NCBI GenBank assembly: GCA_963819965.1
Contig: CAWFYA010000002.1
Location: 639,108-703,107 of the forward strand
Length of the DNA stretch: 64,000 bases
Reading direction: 5' to 3'
Source of the DNA: an uncultured beta proteobacterium
GTDB taxonomy: Bacteria > Pseudomonadota > Gammaproteobacteria > Burkholderiales > Casimicrobiaceae
Positions within the stretch are counted from its first letter, which is position 1. Each line of letters opens with the position of its first letter. Of this stretch, positions 18,082 through 31,696 are shown in pieces. The notes below the pieces were generated by a model. The model saw nothing but the letters and a program-made list of their open reading frames with translations. It made no database searches and was not told the DNA's origin. The translations under genes and the position numbers were made by a program.

Positions 18082-21000
18082 TTGCGCCTAACGCAGATCA
18101 AACTCTCCGGGTTCAAGTCGTTCGTGGACCCCACCGCGATCGCCACCCCGGGCCAACTGGTCGGCATCGTCGGCCCCAACGGCTGCGGCAAATCGAACGT
18201 CATCGACGCCGTTCGCTGGGTCTTGGGAGAGTCCAAGGCATCGGCGCTGCGCGGCGAGTCGATGCAGGACGTCATTTTCAACGGCGCAGGCGAGCGCAAG
18301 CCAGTCGGCAGGGCGTCCGTGGAGTTGCATTTCAACAACGACCAGGGCCGCATCGGGGGCCAGTGGGGCCAATACGCCGAGATTTCGATCAAGCGGGTGC
18401 TGTCGCGCGACGGCGACTCGACGTACTACATCAACAACATCCCGGTCCGCCGCCGCGACATTCACGACCTGTTCCTCGGCACGGGCCTCGGCCCGCGCGC
18501 GTACGCGATCATCGAGCAGGGGATGATCTCGCGCGTCATCGAGGCCAAGCCGGAAGAGTTGCGCATCTTCCTCGAGGAGGCGGCCGGCGTATCGAAATAC
18601 AAGGAGCGGCGCAAGGAGACCGAAGGTCGGCTGTCCGATGCCAGGGAGAACCTGGCGCGCGTGGAGGACATCCGGATGGAACTGGGCAACCAGCTGCTCC
18701 GGCTCGAGAGCCAGGCCAAGGTCGCCACCGAGTTTCGCGAGCTCGAGGGACGACACCGGCAGTCGCAGCACATGCTCTGGTTTGCCAAGCAACAGGACGC
18801 GCTTCGCGCACGCGACCGGTGCGCGACGGAAATGGCCACGCTGACGGTGGCGCTGGAGTCCTTGCAGGCGGAAGTGCGCGCCACCGAAGCCAAGCTCGAA
18901 GCGTTGCGCACCAGCCACTACGCGGCCGGCGACATGCTGCACGAAAAGCAGGGCGGATTCTACGCCGCCAATGCAGAAGTCACGCGCCTGGAGCAACAGC
19001 TCACGTTCGCGCGTGAATCGGAAACACGGATCACCCAGCAAGTCGCGCAATTGACGGAAGCGTTGGGCGCCATTGCGGGACAGGAAACCGCGCTTGCCCT
19101 CGATCGGGACACCGCCGATCGCGAACTCGAAGCCGCGCTCACGGCGCGCGAGGCGGCGGCCGAGGGCGAACGTGCCGCACAGGCGCTGCTGCCGGCGCTC
19201 GAGCAGGCGGTCGCCTCGACCTCGGCGACTTTGGCGGAGCAGGTGAACCGAATCGCGTTGACGGAACAGGATGTGCGCGTGGCGGAAACGCGGCGCGACA
19301 GCATCGGCGCCACCGTTGCGCAATTGTCTGCGCGGATGGAGCGGCTGCAGCAGGAACTGGCGGGCATCCGCGCGCCGACCACCGATCCCCTGCGCGACGT
19401 CGAAGAGCAACTTGCCGCGGAAAACCGGGATTTGGCGGGCAAGCATTCCGCGCTCCAAGCCCTGCAGCAGGCTGTCGAGTCGCTGCAGGTGCGGCAGCGC
19501 GACACCGCCGACGCTTGGCAGCGCGACAGCCAACGCCTGGGCGAACTGGAAGCGCGCTCGCAAGCGCTTGCGGATCTGCAGGCCAAGATCGGACATGGAC
19601 AGGACATCGACGCGTGGCTCGGGGCGCACGGCTTGCGCGACGCGCGCCGTCTGTGGCAATCGCTCGACATCGAGCGGGGCTGGGAAGACGCACTCGAGTC
19701 GGTGCTGCGGGAGCGCCTGAACGCGCTGGAACTCGCGCGTCTTGCGGATACGACTCGCTGGGTCGACGGCGACGCGCAGCCTCCGCGGCGACTATCGGCC
19801 TATGAGGCGGCCCCGGCATCCAGTCCCCCTGCGCCCCGCCACCATCCCGACTCCCTGCTGGCCAAGGTCAAGCTCAAGCTGCCCGATGCGGGGCGGTTGC
19901 TCGCCGATGGCTTGCACGGCATCCGTTGCCGGCCGGATCTGGCCGGCGCGCTCGCAGACCGCGCGGCGCTCGGCGTCGGCGAGGCATTTGTCACCCCCGA
20001 GGGACACCTGGTCACCGCCCAGGGCGTGACGATCTTCGCGCCGGACAACGAACTCCATGGCGTCATTGCCCGGCAGCGCGAACTCGAGGAATTGGCCGCG
20101 CTGATCGCTACGGCGATAACGGCGGCGGCGGAAGCGCGTCATGCCCGCGATACGGTCGACGCGGAGCTCAAGGTCAAGCAACAGACCTCGCATGCGGAGA
20201 CACAGGCGGTGAGCTCGCAACAGCGCCGGGTGCATGATCTCGAGCTTGAGCTGGTGCAGTTGAAGCAGGCGGCGGAAGCCGCGGAACGTCGTCGCGCGCA
20301 GATCGCCCAGGAAACGGCGGACCTGACGTCACAGCAAAGCGCCGAGCGCGCGCAGCGCGACACCCTCGTCGGCCAGATCGCGGACTTGCAATCCCGGATG
20401 CATGAGGAAATCGCCGCGCGCGAAGCGGCGCGTCACGCGCGCAACGGGGCCGAAGTCGAACTGGCGCGGGGTCGCGAGCGCGTTCGCGCCGCGGAGCGGG
20501 CAGCGCAGGAGGCGGGCTTTGCCGAACGCAGCTGCCGCGACCGGCTGGCCGAGTTCGAGCGCCGGCGCGAAGCGCTTGCGGCGCAGGCCGTGCAGCAAAA
20601 AGCGCTCCTCGCGCAATTCACGACGGAGCAGGCGGCCATCGACTGGACACCGGTGGAGGAAGCACTGCAACGGCAACTGGCGCTGCGCGGCGAAGCGGAG
20701 CAGGCACTGGCCGCGGCGCGCGACCATGTCGAGGCGCTCACGGCCGAACTGCGCGCGGGCGACGAGGCACGGCTGACGGCCGAGCAAAGGCTCGAACCCG
20801 CGCGGGCCAAGATTCAGGACATGCAACTGAAGGAGCAGGCGGCGGTTCTGGCCGAGCAGCAATTCACCGAACAGCTCACCGAAGGTCAGGCAGACATAGC
20901 AGTGCTGCCGGAAGCGCTCAAGGCCTGGGGCAGTTCCCGCACGCTTCCGGCCGAGATCGAACGGCTGACCACCGCCATCGCCGAGCTCGGCGCAGTGAAC

Positions 21001-21606
21001 CTGGCCGCGCTGGACGAACTGGCGCAGACGACCGAGCGCAAGAACTACCTCGATGCGCAGGCGGCCGACCTCACCGAGGCGATGACGACGCTCGAGTCGG
21101 CTATTCGCCAGATCGACAAGGAGTCGCGCGACCTGCTGCAGCAGACGTTCGCGGCAGTCAACGCCAACTTTGCCAAGCTGTTTCCCACGCTGTTCGGTGG
21201 CGGCCAGGCGCAGCTCGTGCTCACGGGCGAGGAAATTCTCGACTCGGGCGTGCAGGTGATCGCGCAGCCGCCGGGAAAGCGCAATACCTCCATCCACCTG
21301 TTGTCGGGCGGCGAAAAGGCACTCACCGCGATCTCGCTGGTGTTCGCACTATTCCAGCTCAACCCGGCCCCGTTCTGTCTGCTGGATGAAGTTGACGCGC
21401 CGCTGGACGATCCGAATACCGACCGGTTCTGTGCAATGGTCCGCGAGATGTCCGCGGAAACGCAGTTCCTGTTCATTTCGCACAACAAGATCACGATGGA
21501 AATGGCCAATCAGCTGGTCGGCATCACGATGCCTGAGGCAGGCGTTTCGCGCGTGGTCGCGGTCGACATCGCCGAAGCGCTTTCACTGGCCGAGAACGCC
21601 GCCTGA
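18082..21606 (+). CDS. smc: Chromosome segregation protein SMC
   Basis: GPNGCGKSN Walker A, long coiled coils and hinge, LSGGEK signature, LLDEVDAPLD; TTG start; TATAAT at 18017-18022. Confidence 0.97.
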   Translation: MRLTQIKLSGFKSFVDPTAIATPGQLVGIVGPNGCGKSNVIDAVRWVLGESKASALRGESMQDVIFNGAGERKPVGRASVELHFNNDQGRIGGQWGQYAEISIKRVLSRDGDSTYYINNIPVRRRDIHDLFLGTGLGPRAYAIIEQGMISRVIEAKPEELRIFLEEAAGVSKYKERRKETEGRLSDARENLARVEDIRMELGNQLLRLESQAKVATEFRELEGRHRQSQHMLWFAKQQDALRARDRCATEMATLTVALESLQAEVRATEAKLEALRTSHYAAGDMLHEKQGGFYAANAEVTRLEQQLTFARESETRITQQVAQLTEALGAIAGQETALALDRDTADRELEAALTAREAAAEGERAAQALLPALEQAVASTSATLAEQVNRIALTEQDVRVAETRRDSIGATVAQLSARMERLQQELAGIRAPTTDPLRDVEEQLAAENRDLAGKHSALQALQQAVESLQVRQRDTADAWQRDSQRLGELEARSQALADLQAKIGHGQDIDAWLGAHGLRDARRLWQSLDIERGWEDALESVLRERLNALELARLADTTRWVDGDAQPPRRLSAYEAAPASSPPAPRHHPDSLLAKVKLKLPDAGRLLADGLHGIRCRPDLAGALADRAALGVGEAFVTPEGHLVTAQGVTIFAPDNELHGVIARQRELEELAALIATAITAAAEARHARDTVDAELKVKQQTSHAETQAVSSQQRRVHDLELELVQLKQAAEAAERRRAQIAQETADLTSQQSAERAQRDTLVGQIADLQSRMHEEIAAREAARHARNGAEVELARGRERVRAAERAAQEAGFAERSCRDRLAEFERRREALAAQAVQQKALLAQFTTEQAAIDWTPVEEALQRQLALRGEAEQALAAARDHVEALTAELRAGDEARLTAEQRLEPARAKIQDMQLKEQAAVLAEQQFTEQLTEGQADIAVLPEALKAWGSSRTLPAEIERLTTAIAELGAVNLAALDELAQTTERKNYLDAQAADLTEAMTTLESAIRQIDKESRDLLQQTFAAVNANFAKLFPTLFGGGQAQLVLTGEEILDSGVQVIAQPPGKRNTSIHLLSGGEKALTAISLVFALFQLNPAPFCLLDEVDAPLDDPNTDRFCAMVREMSAETQFLFISHNKITMEMANQLVGITMPEAGVSRVVAVDIAEALSLAENAA

Positions 21607-21698
21607 CGCGGGACGGCCGCAAGGCTATCGCGTAGCTTCGCGATATACTTCCCGCTTATGGTGCGGATGCGATTTCCCAGACGACCCAGGATCGGCCC

Positions 21699-24988
<3,290 letters not shown>

Positions 24989-25015
24989 ACCAGACGGACA
25001 ACCAAGAACAAGCGC

Positions 25016-25885
25016 ATGCAAAAAATCACCAAAGCCATTTTTCCGGTCGCCGGCCTGGGCAGCCGCTTTCTCCCGGTCACCAAGGCCAGCCCGAAGGAAA
25101 TGCTGCCTGTGGTGGACAAGCCGCTGATCCAGTATGCGGTCGAGGAGGCCGCGGCCGCCGGCATCACCGACATGATTTTCATCACCGGCCGCAACAAGCG
25201 CGCCATCGAGGATCACTTCGACAAGGCATACGAACTCGAAACGGAGCTTGCGCTGCGTAACAAGGTGGAATTGCTCGAAGCCGTGCAGGCGGCGACGCCG
25301 CCGGGCATCAACTGCATCTACATCCGGCAATCCGAGGCGCTCGGCTTGGGGCACGCCGTACTTTGCGCGGAGCCGGTCGTCGGCGACGCGCCTTTCGCGG
25401 TCATTCTGGCCGACGACCTCATCGACGCGCGCATTCCGGTGATGCAGCAGATGGTGGAGGCGTCCGCGCGCGCCAATGCATCGACCGTTGGCGTGATGAA
25501 CGTCGCGGCGAGCGAAACGGGAAAATACGGCATCGTCGAGACCGGCGCGGTGGTCGACCGGATGGCGCGCATTACCGGCATCGTCGAAAAGCCGAAGCCG
25601 GGCACGACGACATCGACGCTTGCCGTGATCGGCCGCTACGTCCTGTCGCCCGGGATCTTTCGCCACCTGCGAACCATGCCCGCGGGCGCGGGCGGCGAGA
25701 TCCAGTTGACCGACGGGATCGAACGCCTGGCGGCAGAAGAGCCGGTCTTTGCCTATGCCTTCGACGGCCGGCGCTACGATTGCGGATCCAAGCTGGGGTA
25801 CCTCGAGGCGTCCGTCGATTTCGGTCTCAAACACCCGGAAACCGGGGAGGGGTTCGCGCGCTTCCTGGCCGCGCGCAAGCGGTAG
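25016..25885 (+). CDS. galU: UTP--glucose-1-phosphate uridylyltransferase
   Basis: [41 protein letters not shown]. Confidence 0.95.
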   Translation: MQKITKAIFPVAGLGSRFLPVTKASPKEMLPVVDKPLIQYAVEEAAAAGITDMIFITGRNKRAIEDHFDKAYELETELALRNKVELLEAVQAATPPGINCIYIRQSEALGLGHAVLCAEPVVGDAPFAVILADDLIDARIPVMQQMVEASARANASTVGVMNVAASETGKYGIVETGAVVDRMARITGIVEKPKPGTTTSTLAVIGRYVLSPGIFRHLRTMPAGAGGEIQLTDGIERLAAEEPVFAYAFDGRRYDCGSKLGYLEASVDFGLKHPETGEGFARFLAARKR

Positions 25886-25892
25886 GTTGGTT

Positions 25893-26804
25893 ATGACGCT
25901 CAACGAACTCCGCTATCTGGTTGCCGTCGCCCAAGAGCGCAATTTCGGGCGCGCCGCCCAGAAATGTTTCGTGAGCCAGCCGGCATTGTCCGTCGCGATC
26001 CAGAAACTCGAGGAGGAACTGAGCACGCAACTCTTCGAACGGGGCAAGAACGAGGTCACCGTAACTCCCGTCGGCGAACGCATCGTCGAACAGGCACAAC
26101 GCGTGCTCGAGGAGTCGTCGCGGATACGGGAAATTGCACAGTCCGGTCGCAACCAGCTGTTCGGCGCGCTCAAGCTCGGCGTGATCTACACCGTGGCGCC
26201 TTATCTGTTGCCGGATCTCATCCCTGTGCTGCATGACCGTGCGCCGCAGATGCCGCTCGATATCGAGGAAAATCTGACCGAGAACCTCGAGGCCGGTCTC
26301 CGGTCGGGCCGTATCGACGCTGCCATCGTCGCGCTGCCCTTCGCACCGCCGGGCGTGGTCGCGGAATTCCTCTATGAGGAGCCGTTCCAGGTCGTCGTGC
26401 CCGCCGACCACAAATGGGCCAAGCGCAAGTCCGTGCAACCCTCGGAACTGGCCGGCGAGAACACCATACTGCTCAATGTCGGGCATTGCTTTCGCGACCA
26501 GGTGCTGGAGTCGTGCCCGGAGCTGAATCGCGCCGATGCGCACATGCCTCGCACCAATTCGCTGGAAACGGTCCGCAACATGGTGGCGTCGGGGCTGGGC
26601 ATTTCAGTGCTGCCGCGCGATGCGCTGACTCCCAAGTACCACAGCCGCATGGTGGTGCCGGTGCCGTTCGCCAAGCCCGTCCCCGCGCGTCGTATCGCAC
26701 TGGCCTCTCGTCGCAGCTTTCCGCGGCCGGCGGCGCTGGCCGCCATTCGCGAAGCCGTGGCGCTCACGCGCAAGGGCGCGGTCGCGAAGTCCGCGGTCGC
26801 GTGA
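25893..26804 (+). CDS. oxyR: LysR regulator, OxyR type
   Basis: LysR HTH (NFGRAAQKCFVSQPALS) and redox pair GHCFRDQVLESC (C-x8-C); start ATG 25893. Confidence 0.8.
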   Translation: MTLNELRYLVAVAQERNFGRAAQKCFVSQPALSVAIQKLEEELSTQLFERGKNEVTVTPVGERIVEQAQRVLEESSRIREIAQSGRNQLFGALKLGVIYTVAPYLLPDLIPVLHDRAPQMPLDIEENLTENLEAGLRSGRIDAAIVALPFAPPGVVAEFLYEEPFQVVVPADHKWAKRKSVQPSELAGENTILLNVGHCFRDQVLESCPELNRADAHMPRTNSLETVRNMVASGLGISVLPRDALTPKYHSRMVVPVPFAKPVPARRIALASRRSFPRPAALAAIREAVALTRKGAVAKSAVA

Positions 26805-26890
26805 ATCGCCATCGAACCGGCTGACGTCGTCCGGACCGTCGTTTCCGTCCGGCAATGTCGGGCACAATGCTAATTTCAATGGAGCGGGCA

Positions 26891-27655
26891 ATGGAATCGG
26901 ATCTCAAGGGCAAGGCCGTGCTGATCACCGGCGCCTCGACGGGCATCGGCGCCGCAGCGGCACATGCGTTCGCGCGCGAGGGCAGCAAGGTGATGGTTCA
27001 CTACAACGCCAGCGGCGATGCGGCGGCGGCAGTCGTCGCGGCCATCACGTCCGCCGGCGGCGAAGCGGCGATGGTTGGCGGCGATGTGATGCTGGAAAAG
27101 GACGTGCGGCGCATCGTCGCCGAGACGGCCGCGAAATTCGGGCGCATCGACGTGCTGATCAACAACGCGGGCGGAATGCTGGGGCGGGTCAAGATCGAGG
27201 ATTACACGCTGGAGCACATCAATCGCGTGCTGATGCTCAATTGCGGGCAGGTCGCGCTGTTCATGCGCGAGGTCATTCCCGTCATGCGCAGGCAGAAGTC
27301 CGGAAACGTGATCAACGTCACGTCGATCGCCGCGCGGCATGGCGGCGGCGGCGGCGCGATTCTCTATGCAGGTTCGAAGGGCTTCGTCTCCACGGTGACC
27401 CACGGCTGGGCCAAGGAAGTGGTTGGCGACGGCATCCGCGTCAACGCGGTGTCGCCCGGCGTGATCACCACACCGTTTCACGACCGCTATTCGACGGCGG
27501 AGCAGTTGCGGACAATGCAGGCGACCATTCCGATGAACCGTCTCGGCAGTGCAGAGGAGTGCGCCGGGACCTTTGTCTATCTCGCGTCGGACCGGATGAG
27601 CGGCTACGTGACGGGGCAGGTGATCGAGGTCAACGGCGGGCAATACATGCCCTAG
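26891..27655 (+). CDS. Short-chain dehydrogenase/reductase
   Basis: TGASTGIG, NNAG, YAGSK, VNAVSPG; SD GGAG before MESDLKGK. Confidence 0.9.
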   Translation: MESDLKGKAVLITGASTGIGAAAAHAFAREGSKVMVHYNASGDAAAAVVAAITSAGGEAAMVGGDVMLEKDVRRIVAETAAKFGRIDVLINNAGGMLGRVKIEDYTLEHINRVLMLNCGQVALFMREVIPVMRRQKSGNVINVTSIAARHGGGGGAILYAGSKGFVSTVTHGWAKEVVGDGIRVNAVSPGVITTPFHDRYSTAEQLRTMQATIPMNRLGSAEECAGTFVYLASDRMSGYVTGQVIEVNGGQYMP

Positions 27656-27678
27656 ATCAGGGCGGGTCGTCGCGTGGT

Positions 27679-28737
27679 TCAGGCGCGCCTGCGCCGTTTC
27701 GGGTTGGCGGCAACCAGGCACAGTTCGGTGAAAAGCATCTGCGCGCCGATTTGCGCGGTATTCGTGGTGGCGTCGTATTGCGGCGCCACTTCGACCACGT
27801 CGCCGCCGATGATGTCCAGGCCGGCCAGTCCGCGGAAGATGGCGAGCGCTTCGCGCGGCGTCAGGCCGCCGACTTCCGGCGTGCCGGTGCCGGGTGCGAA
27901 GCCGGGGTCGATGCCGTCCACGTCGAACGTGACGTAGACAGGTCCGTTGCCGACAACTGCGCGCGCCTTGGCAACGACCGCAGCCGTACCCATGGCGGCG
28001 ACCTCCTCCGCGTGCAACACCGTCATGCCCGAGTCCCGGGAAAATTCCCACAGGAACTCGGCGCCGCCGCGGATGCCGATCTGGATTGAGCGCTCCGGAT
28101 CGAGAACGCCGGCGAGGACCGCTTGGCGAAAGGGTCCGCCGTGGTGAAACTTCGATCCCTCGAATTCGCCGGCTGTATCGCAGTGGGCGTCGATGTGAAC
28201 CATGCCCACGGGACGATCGCGTCCGAGTGCCTTCAGGATCGGAAAGGTGATTGAGTGGTCGCCACCGACCGCCAGCGGGATCACGTTGGCGTCGTGCAAG
28301 CGGTGAAAGTACGCCTCGATGTCGGCCATGCACTGGTCGAGCGAGAAGCGGCTGGCCATCGGCACGTCGCCGACGTCGGCGAACTTCAGCAGTCCGGCGG
28401 GCGCCAACTTGAGGACGTGCTCGTAGGGACCGATGCGTTCGACGTTGCGCATTGCGCGCGGCCCCAAACGCGCACCCGCGCGGTTGGTCACGCCCAGATC
28501 CATCGGCACGCCGACCAGCGCGACGTCGATGTCGCCGAACTCGTCAGGGCCACCCGCGCTCGCCGCAGCCAGCATGGGCGCGCCGAGGAACGTCGGGACA
28601 CCGGCAAACGGCCAGGCGCGCCGCTTGTTGTCGATGAAGGCCCTTGCACCGACGGCGGCGAACGCCGGATCGAAAATATTCCCGCCTTTGGCGTTCGCAT
28701 ATTTCTTGCGCAGCGCATTCAAGCGGGTCTTGTTCAT
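27679..28737 (-). CDS. Ureohydrolase (agmatinase/guanidinobutyrase family)
   Basis: GGDHSIT, HIDAHCD, FDVDGIDPGFAPGTGTPEVGG; start MNKTRL after SD AGGA. Confidence 0.9.
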   Translation of the reverse strand: MNKTRLNALRKKYANAKGGNIFDPAFAAVGARAFIDNKRRAWPFAGVPTFLGAPMLAAASAGGPDEFGDIDVALVGVPMDLGVTNRAGARLGPRAMRNVERIGPYEHVLKLAPAGLLKFADVGDVPMASRFSLDQCMADIEAYFHRLHDANVIPLAVGGDHSITFPILKALGRDRPVGMVHIDAHCDTAGEFEGSKFHHGGPFRQAVLAGVLDPERSIQIGIRGGAEFLWEFSRDSGMTVLHAEEVAAMGTAAVVAKARAVVGNGPVYVTFDVDGIDPGFAPGTGTPEVGGLTPREALAIFRGLAGLDIIGGDVVEVAPQYDATTNTAQIGAQMLFTELCLVAANPKRRRRA

Positions 28738-28819
28738 GTCCTGGCCGTGTCCCGGGGCGGGAACAGGATTGCACGGCGGCGAACGCCACGGCAAGTGGTA
28801 CAAGCAAGCAGGCGTGGCC

Positions 28820-28853
28820 AAAAAAAGAGGGGTTACACTTGCGCGTAACCCCT
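28820..28853 (-). terminator. Rho-independent terminator after tRNA-Val
   Basis: AGGGGTTAC/GTAACCCCT 9-bp stem followed by a T run on the minus strand. Confidence 0.85.
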
Positions 28854-28863
28854 TGGTTCAGTG

Positions 28864-28938
28864 TGGTGGGCATTGCTGGGTTCGAACCAGCGACCCCTCC
28901 CGTGTGAGGGGAGTGCTCTACCGCTGAGCTAAACGCCC
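28864..28938 (-). tRNA. tRNA-Val(CAC)
   Basis: GGGCGTTTAGCTCAGCGGTAGAGCACTCCCCTCACACGGGAGGGGTCGCTGGTTCGAACCCAGCAATGCCCACCA; 75 nt. Confidence 0.96.
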
Positions 28939-29032
28939 CGCGAACCCAGACAGGAAGCCGGATTTAACCATAGGGCGGAAAGCAGGGTCAAACCGACGTC
29001 GCGCCCGTGTCCAGGCCTGTCATGGACAAAAA

Positions 29033-29049
29033 CGCACCGTATTGGTGCG
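29033..29049. promoter_or_regulatory. NtrC-type enhancer palindrome
   Basis: CGCACC-GTATT-GGTGCG versus consensus TGCACC-N5-GGTGCA; about 95 bp upstream of a sigma54 -24 box. Confidence 0.7.
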
Positions 29050-29132
29050 GTTTCTTGTATTTGTCGCATTGCAGCACGTGCACGTTACAATTGACCTTGG
29101 CTAACCCATTGGCGTCCCGAGCTATTCTCGGT

Positions 29133-29149
29133 TTGGCTCGCCGCTTGCT
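29133..29149 (+). promoter_or_regulatory. sigma54 (-24/-12) promoter
   Basis: TTGGCTCGCCGCTTGCT: GG-N10-GC with TTGC at -12; 31 bp before ATG 29181. Confidence 0.75.
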
Positions 29150-29180
29150 CAGCCAACTCCCAGACCGCGAAATCGAACGC

Positions 29181-30596
29181 ATGTCCTCCCTCCCTTTTGA
29201 CGAAATGTCGGTTCCCGGTGGCGGGGTCCGGTCCCACTACCGTGCGTTCGCTGACTGGCTCGAGCGCACGGACAGCGCCCACATAGCGCAAAAAAGGGAC
29301 GAGGCGGAACGTGCCTTCCACCGCGTAGGAATCACCTTTGCGGTTTATGGCGAAGACGCGGGAACCGAGCGCCTCATTCCGTTCGATATCGTGCCGCGGA
29401 TCATTCCCGCCGACGAGTGGCGCATTCTCGAATCCGGATTGAAGCAACGCGTGCATGCGCTCAATCTGTTCCTGGCGGACGTCTATCACGACCAGAAGAT
29501 CCTCAAGGCCGGTGCCATTCCCGCCGAACGTGTGCTGGGCAACACGCAGTTCCGGCGCGAGATGGAGGGGATGGACGTCCCAGGCGGCATCTACGCGCAC
29601 ATTGCCGGCGTCGACCTCGTGCGCGCCGGCGCAGGCGAATACTATGTGCTCGAGGACAATCTGCGCGTGCCCTCCGGCGTGTCCTACATGCTCGAGAATC
29701 GCCGTATGATGATGCGGCTGTTTCCCGAACTCTTCGCCACCCGCTCGATCCGCCCGGTCCAGCACTATCCGGATATGCTGCTCGAGAACCTGCACGCGGT
29801 CGGGCCGCAGGGCGAGGAGACACCGACGGTGGCGGTGCTCACGCCCGGCGCCTACAACTCGGCCTACTACGAGCACGCGTTCCTGGCGCAACAGATGGGC
29901 GTCGAACTGGTCGAGGGCCAGGATCTCATGGTCCAGAACGACGCGGTGTACATGCGCACGACGCGCGGGCCACGTCGCGTGCATGTGATCTATCGCCGGG
30001 TCGACGATGACTTCCTCGATCCCCTGGCGTTTCGCCCCGACTCGATGCTGGGCGTGCCGGGATTGTTCGGGGCGTATCGCGCGGGCAGGGTGACGCTCGC
30101 CAACGCGATCGGCACCGGTGTCGCGGACGACAAGTCGATCTATCCGTTTGTCCCCGCCATGATCAAGTTTTACCTGGCCGAGGAGCCGATCCTCCACAAC
30201 GTGCCTACCTTCATGCTGTACAAGCCGAAGGACTGCGAATACGCACTCGCCAATCTCGACAAGCTGGTGGTGAAGGAGGTACACGGCGCGGGCGGCTACG
30301 GCATGCTCGTGGGACCGGCGGCGACCGTTGCCGAGCGCGACGCGTTCCGCCGGCGCATCGTGGCGGAACCGGACAAGTACATCGCGCAGCCGACGCTGGC
30401 ACTTTCGACGTGCCCCACCTTCGTCGAGGCGGGTCTCGCGCCGCGACACATTGACCTGCGGCCCTATGTGCTCTCCGGCAAGGACGTCGACCTGGTTCCC
30501 GGCGGCCTGACCCGGGTTGCGCTGCGGGAAGGATCGCTGGTGGTCAACTCGTCGCAGGGCGGCGGCACCAAGGACACCTGGGTCCTGGCCGACTAG
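29181..30596 (+). CDS. Circularly permuted type 2 ATP-grasp protein
   Basis: GITFAVYG, PFDIVPRII, VLEDNLRVPSGVSY, LANAIGTGVADDK, GSLVVNSSQGGGTKDTW; start MSSLPFDEM. Confidence 0.9.
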   Translation: MSSLPFDEMSVPGGGVRSHYRAFADWLERTDSAHIAQKRDEAERAFHRVGITFAVYGEDAGTERLIPFDIVPRIIPADEWRILESGLKQRVHALNLFLADVYHDQKILKAGAIPAERVLGNTQFRREMEGMDVPGGIYAHIAGVDLVRAGAGEYYVLEDNLRVPSGVSYMLENRRMMMRLFPELFATRSIRPVQHYPDMLLENLHAVGPQGEETPTVAVLTPGAYNSAYYEHAFLAQQMGVELVEGQDLMVQNDAVYMRTTRGPRRVHVIYRRVDDDFLDPLAFRPDSMLGVPGLFGAYRAGRVTLANAIGTGVADDKSIYPFVPAMIKFYLAEEPILHNVPTFMLYKPKDCEYALANLDKLVVKEVHGAGGYGMLVGPAATVAERDAFRRRIVAEPDKYIAQPTLALSTCPTFVEAGLAPRHIDLRPYVLSGKDVDLVPGGLTRVALREGSLVVNSSQGGGTKDTWVLAD

Positions 30597-30624
30597 CGCG
30601 AACGGGCGATAACGGGAAACGACC

Positions 30625-31590
30625 ATGACTGCCATGCTTTGTCGCACCGCAAACGAGCTCTTCTGGATGGCGCGGCACATCGAGCGCGCGGAAAACACCG
30701 CGCGCCTGCTCGACGTCACGTATCGCACATCGCTGCTGCCCTACCAACTCCAGGAGCCGGGACTGGCCTGGGCGGAGCCGTGGTCGGTGCCGCTCATCGC
30801 CACCGGCGTGGCCACGCCGTACTACCAGAAATACCCCGAGCTCAATTCCGAGAACGTGCTCCGCTTCATGATCATGGACGACGACAACCGATCGTCGATC
30901 TGGAGTTGCCTGTGGGCAGCCCGCGAGTCCGCTCGCAGCGTGCGCGGCGCCATCACCTCCGAGATGTACGAGGACCTGAACGGCGCATGGATAGAAATCC
31001 GCGACCACGGCTTCGAGCGGCTGAACGACGTCGGCGTGTCGGATTTCCTGGACTGGGTGAAGATGCGCTCGCATTTGTTCCGCGGCGTGACGTTCGGCAC
31101 GATGCTGCGAGACGAGGCGTATCACTTCATCCGCCTGGGCACGCACATCGAGCGTGCCGACAATACCGCGCGCATTCTCGACACCAAGTATCACATCCTG
31201 CTGCCGTCCACGGCGGACGTCGGCGGCGCGGTGGACTATTACCAGTGGGCGTCGCTGCTGCAGTCGCTGTCCGGGTTCGAGTCCTACCGCAAGATCTACA
31301 GCGACGTCATCTCGCCGCGGCGGGTGGCCGAACTTCTGGTCCTGCGCGACGACATGCCGCGCTCGCTGCACAGCTGCCTCAATTTCATCGACGACACGCT
31401 GGAACTGCTGTGCGACGACAATAGCCGCGAACTCAGGCGGCAGGCCGGGGAGCTGCACGCGCGGCTGCACTACGGCAAGACGGAGGAAATCATCCGCTTC
31501 GGCCTGCACGAATACCTGATGGACTTCCTGTCGCGCGTGTCCGCTCTGGGTGGCGAGATCAGCCGCCGCTTCCTGGTGCCCACCTACTAA
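30625..31590 (+). CDS. Alpha-E domain protein
   Basis: LFWMARHIERAENTARLL and a second GTHIERADNTARILD (ER motifs), PRSL. Confidence 0.9.
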   Translation: MTAMLCRTANELFWMARHIERAENTARLLDVTYRTSLLPYQLQEPGLAWAEPWSVPLIATGVATPYYQKYPELNSENVLRFMIMDDDNRSSIWSCLWAARESARSVRGAITSEMYEDLNGAWIEIRDHGFERLNDVGVSDFLDWVKMRSHLFRGVTFGTMLRDEAYHFIRLGTHIERADNTARILDTKYHILLPSTADVGGAVDYYQWASLLQSLSGFESYRKIYSDVISPRRVAELLVLRDDMPRSLHSCLNFIDDTLELLCDDNSRELRRQAGELHARLHYGKTEEIIRFGLHEYLMDFLSRVSALGGEISRRFLVPTY

Positions 31591-31696
31591 ACAACCCGAC
31601 CGCTGCGGTAACGCCGCCCGCGCTGGCTGCGGGACGGCAAATCACCAGCCGCGACATCCTTCCTTTACCCATGCTGCCTTTCGCCGTGCGCACTCC

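Noticed and set aside
28738-28820. sigma54 promoter for the ureohydrolase (TTGGCCACG...TTGC)
   Set aside because: GG-GC spacing is 12, not the required 10.
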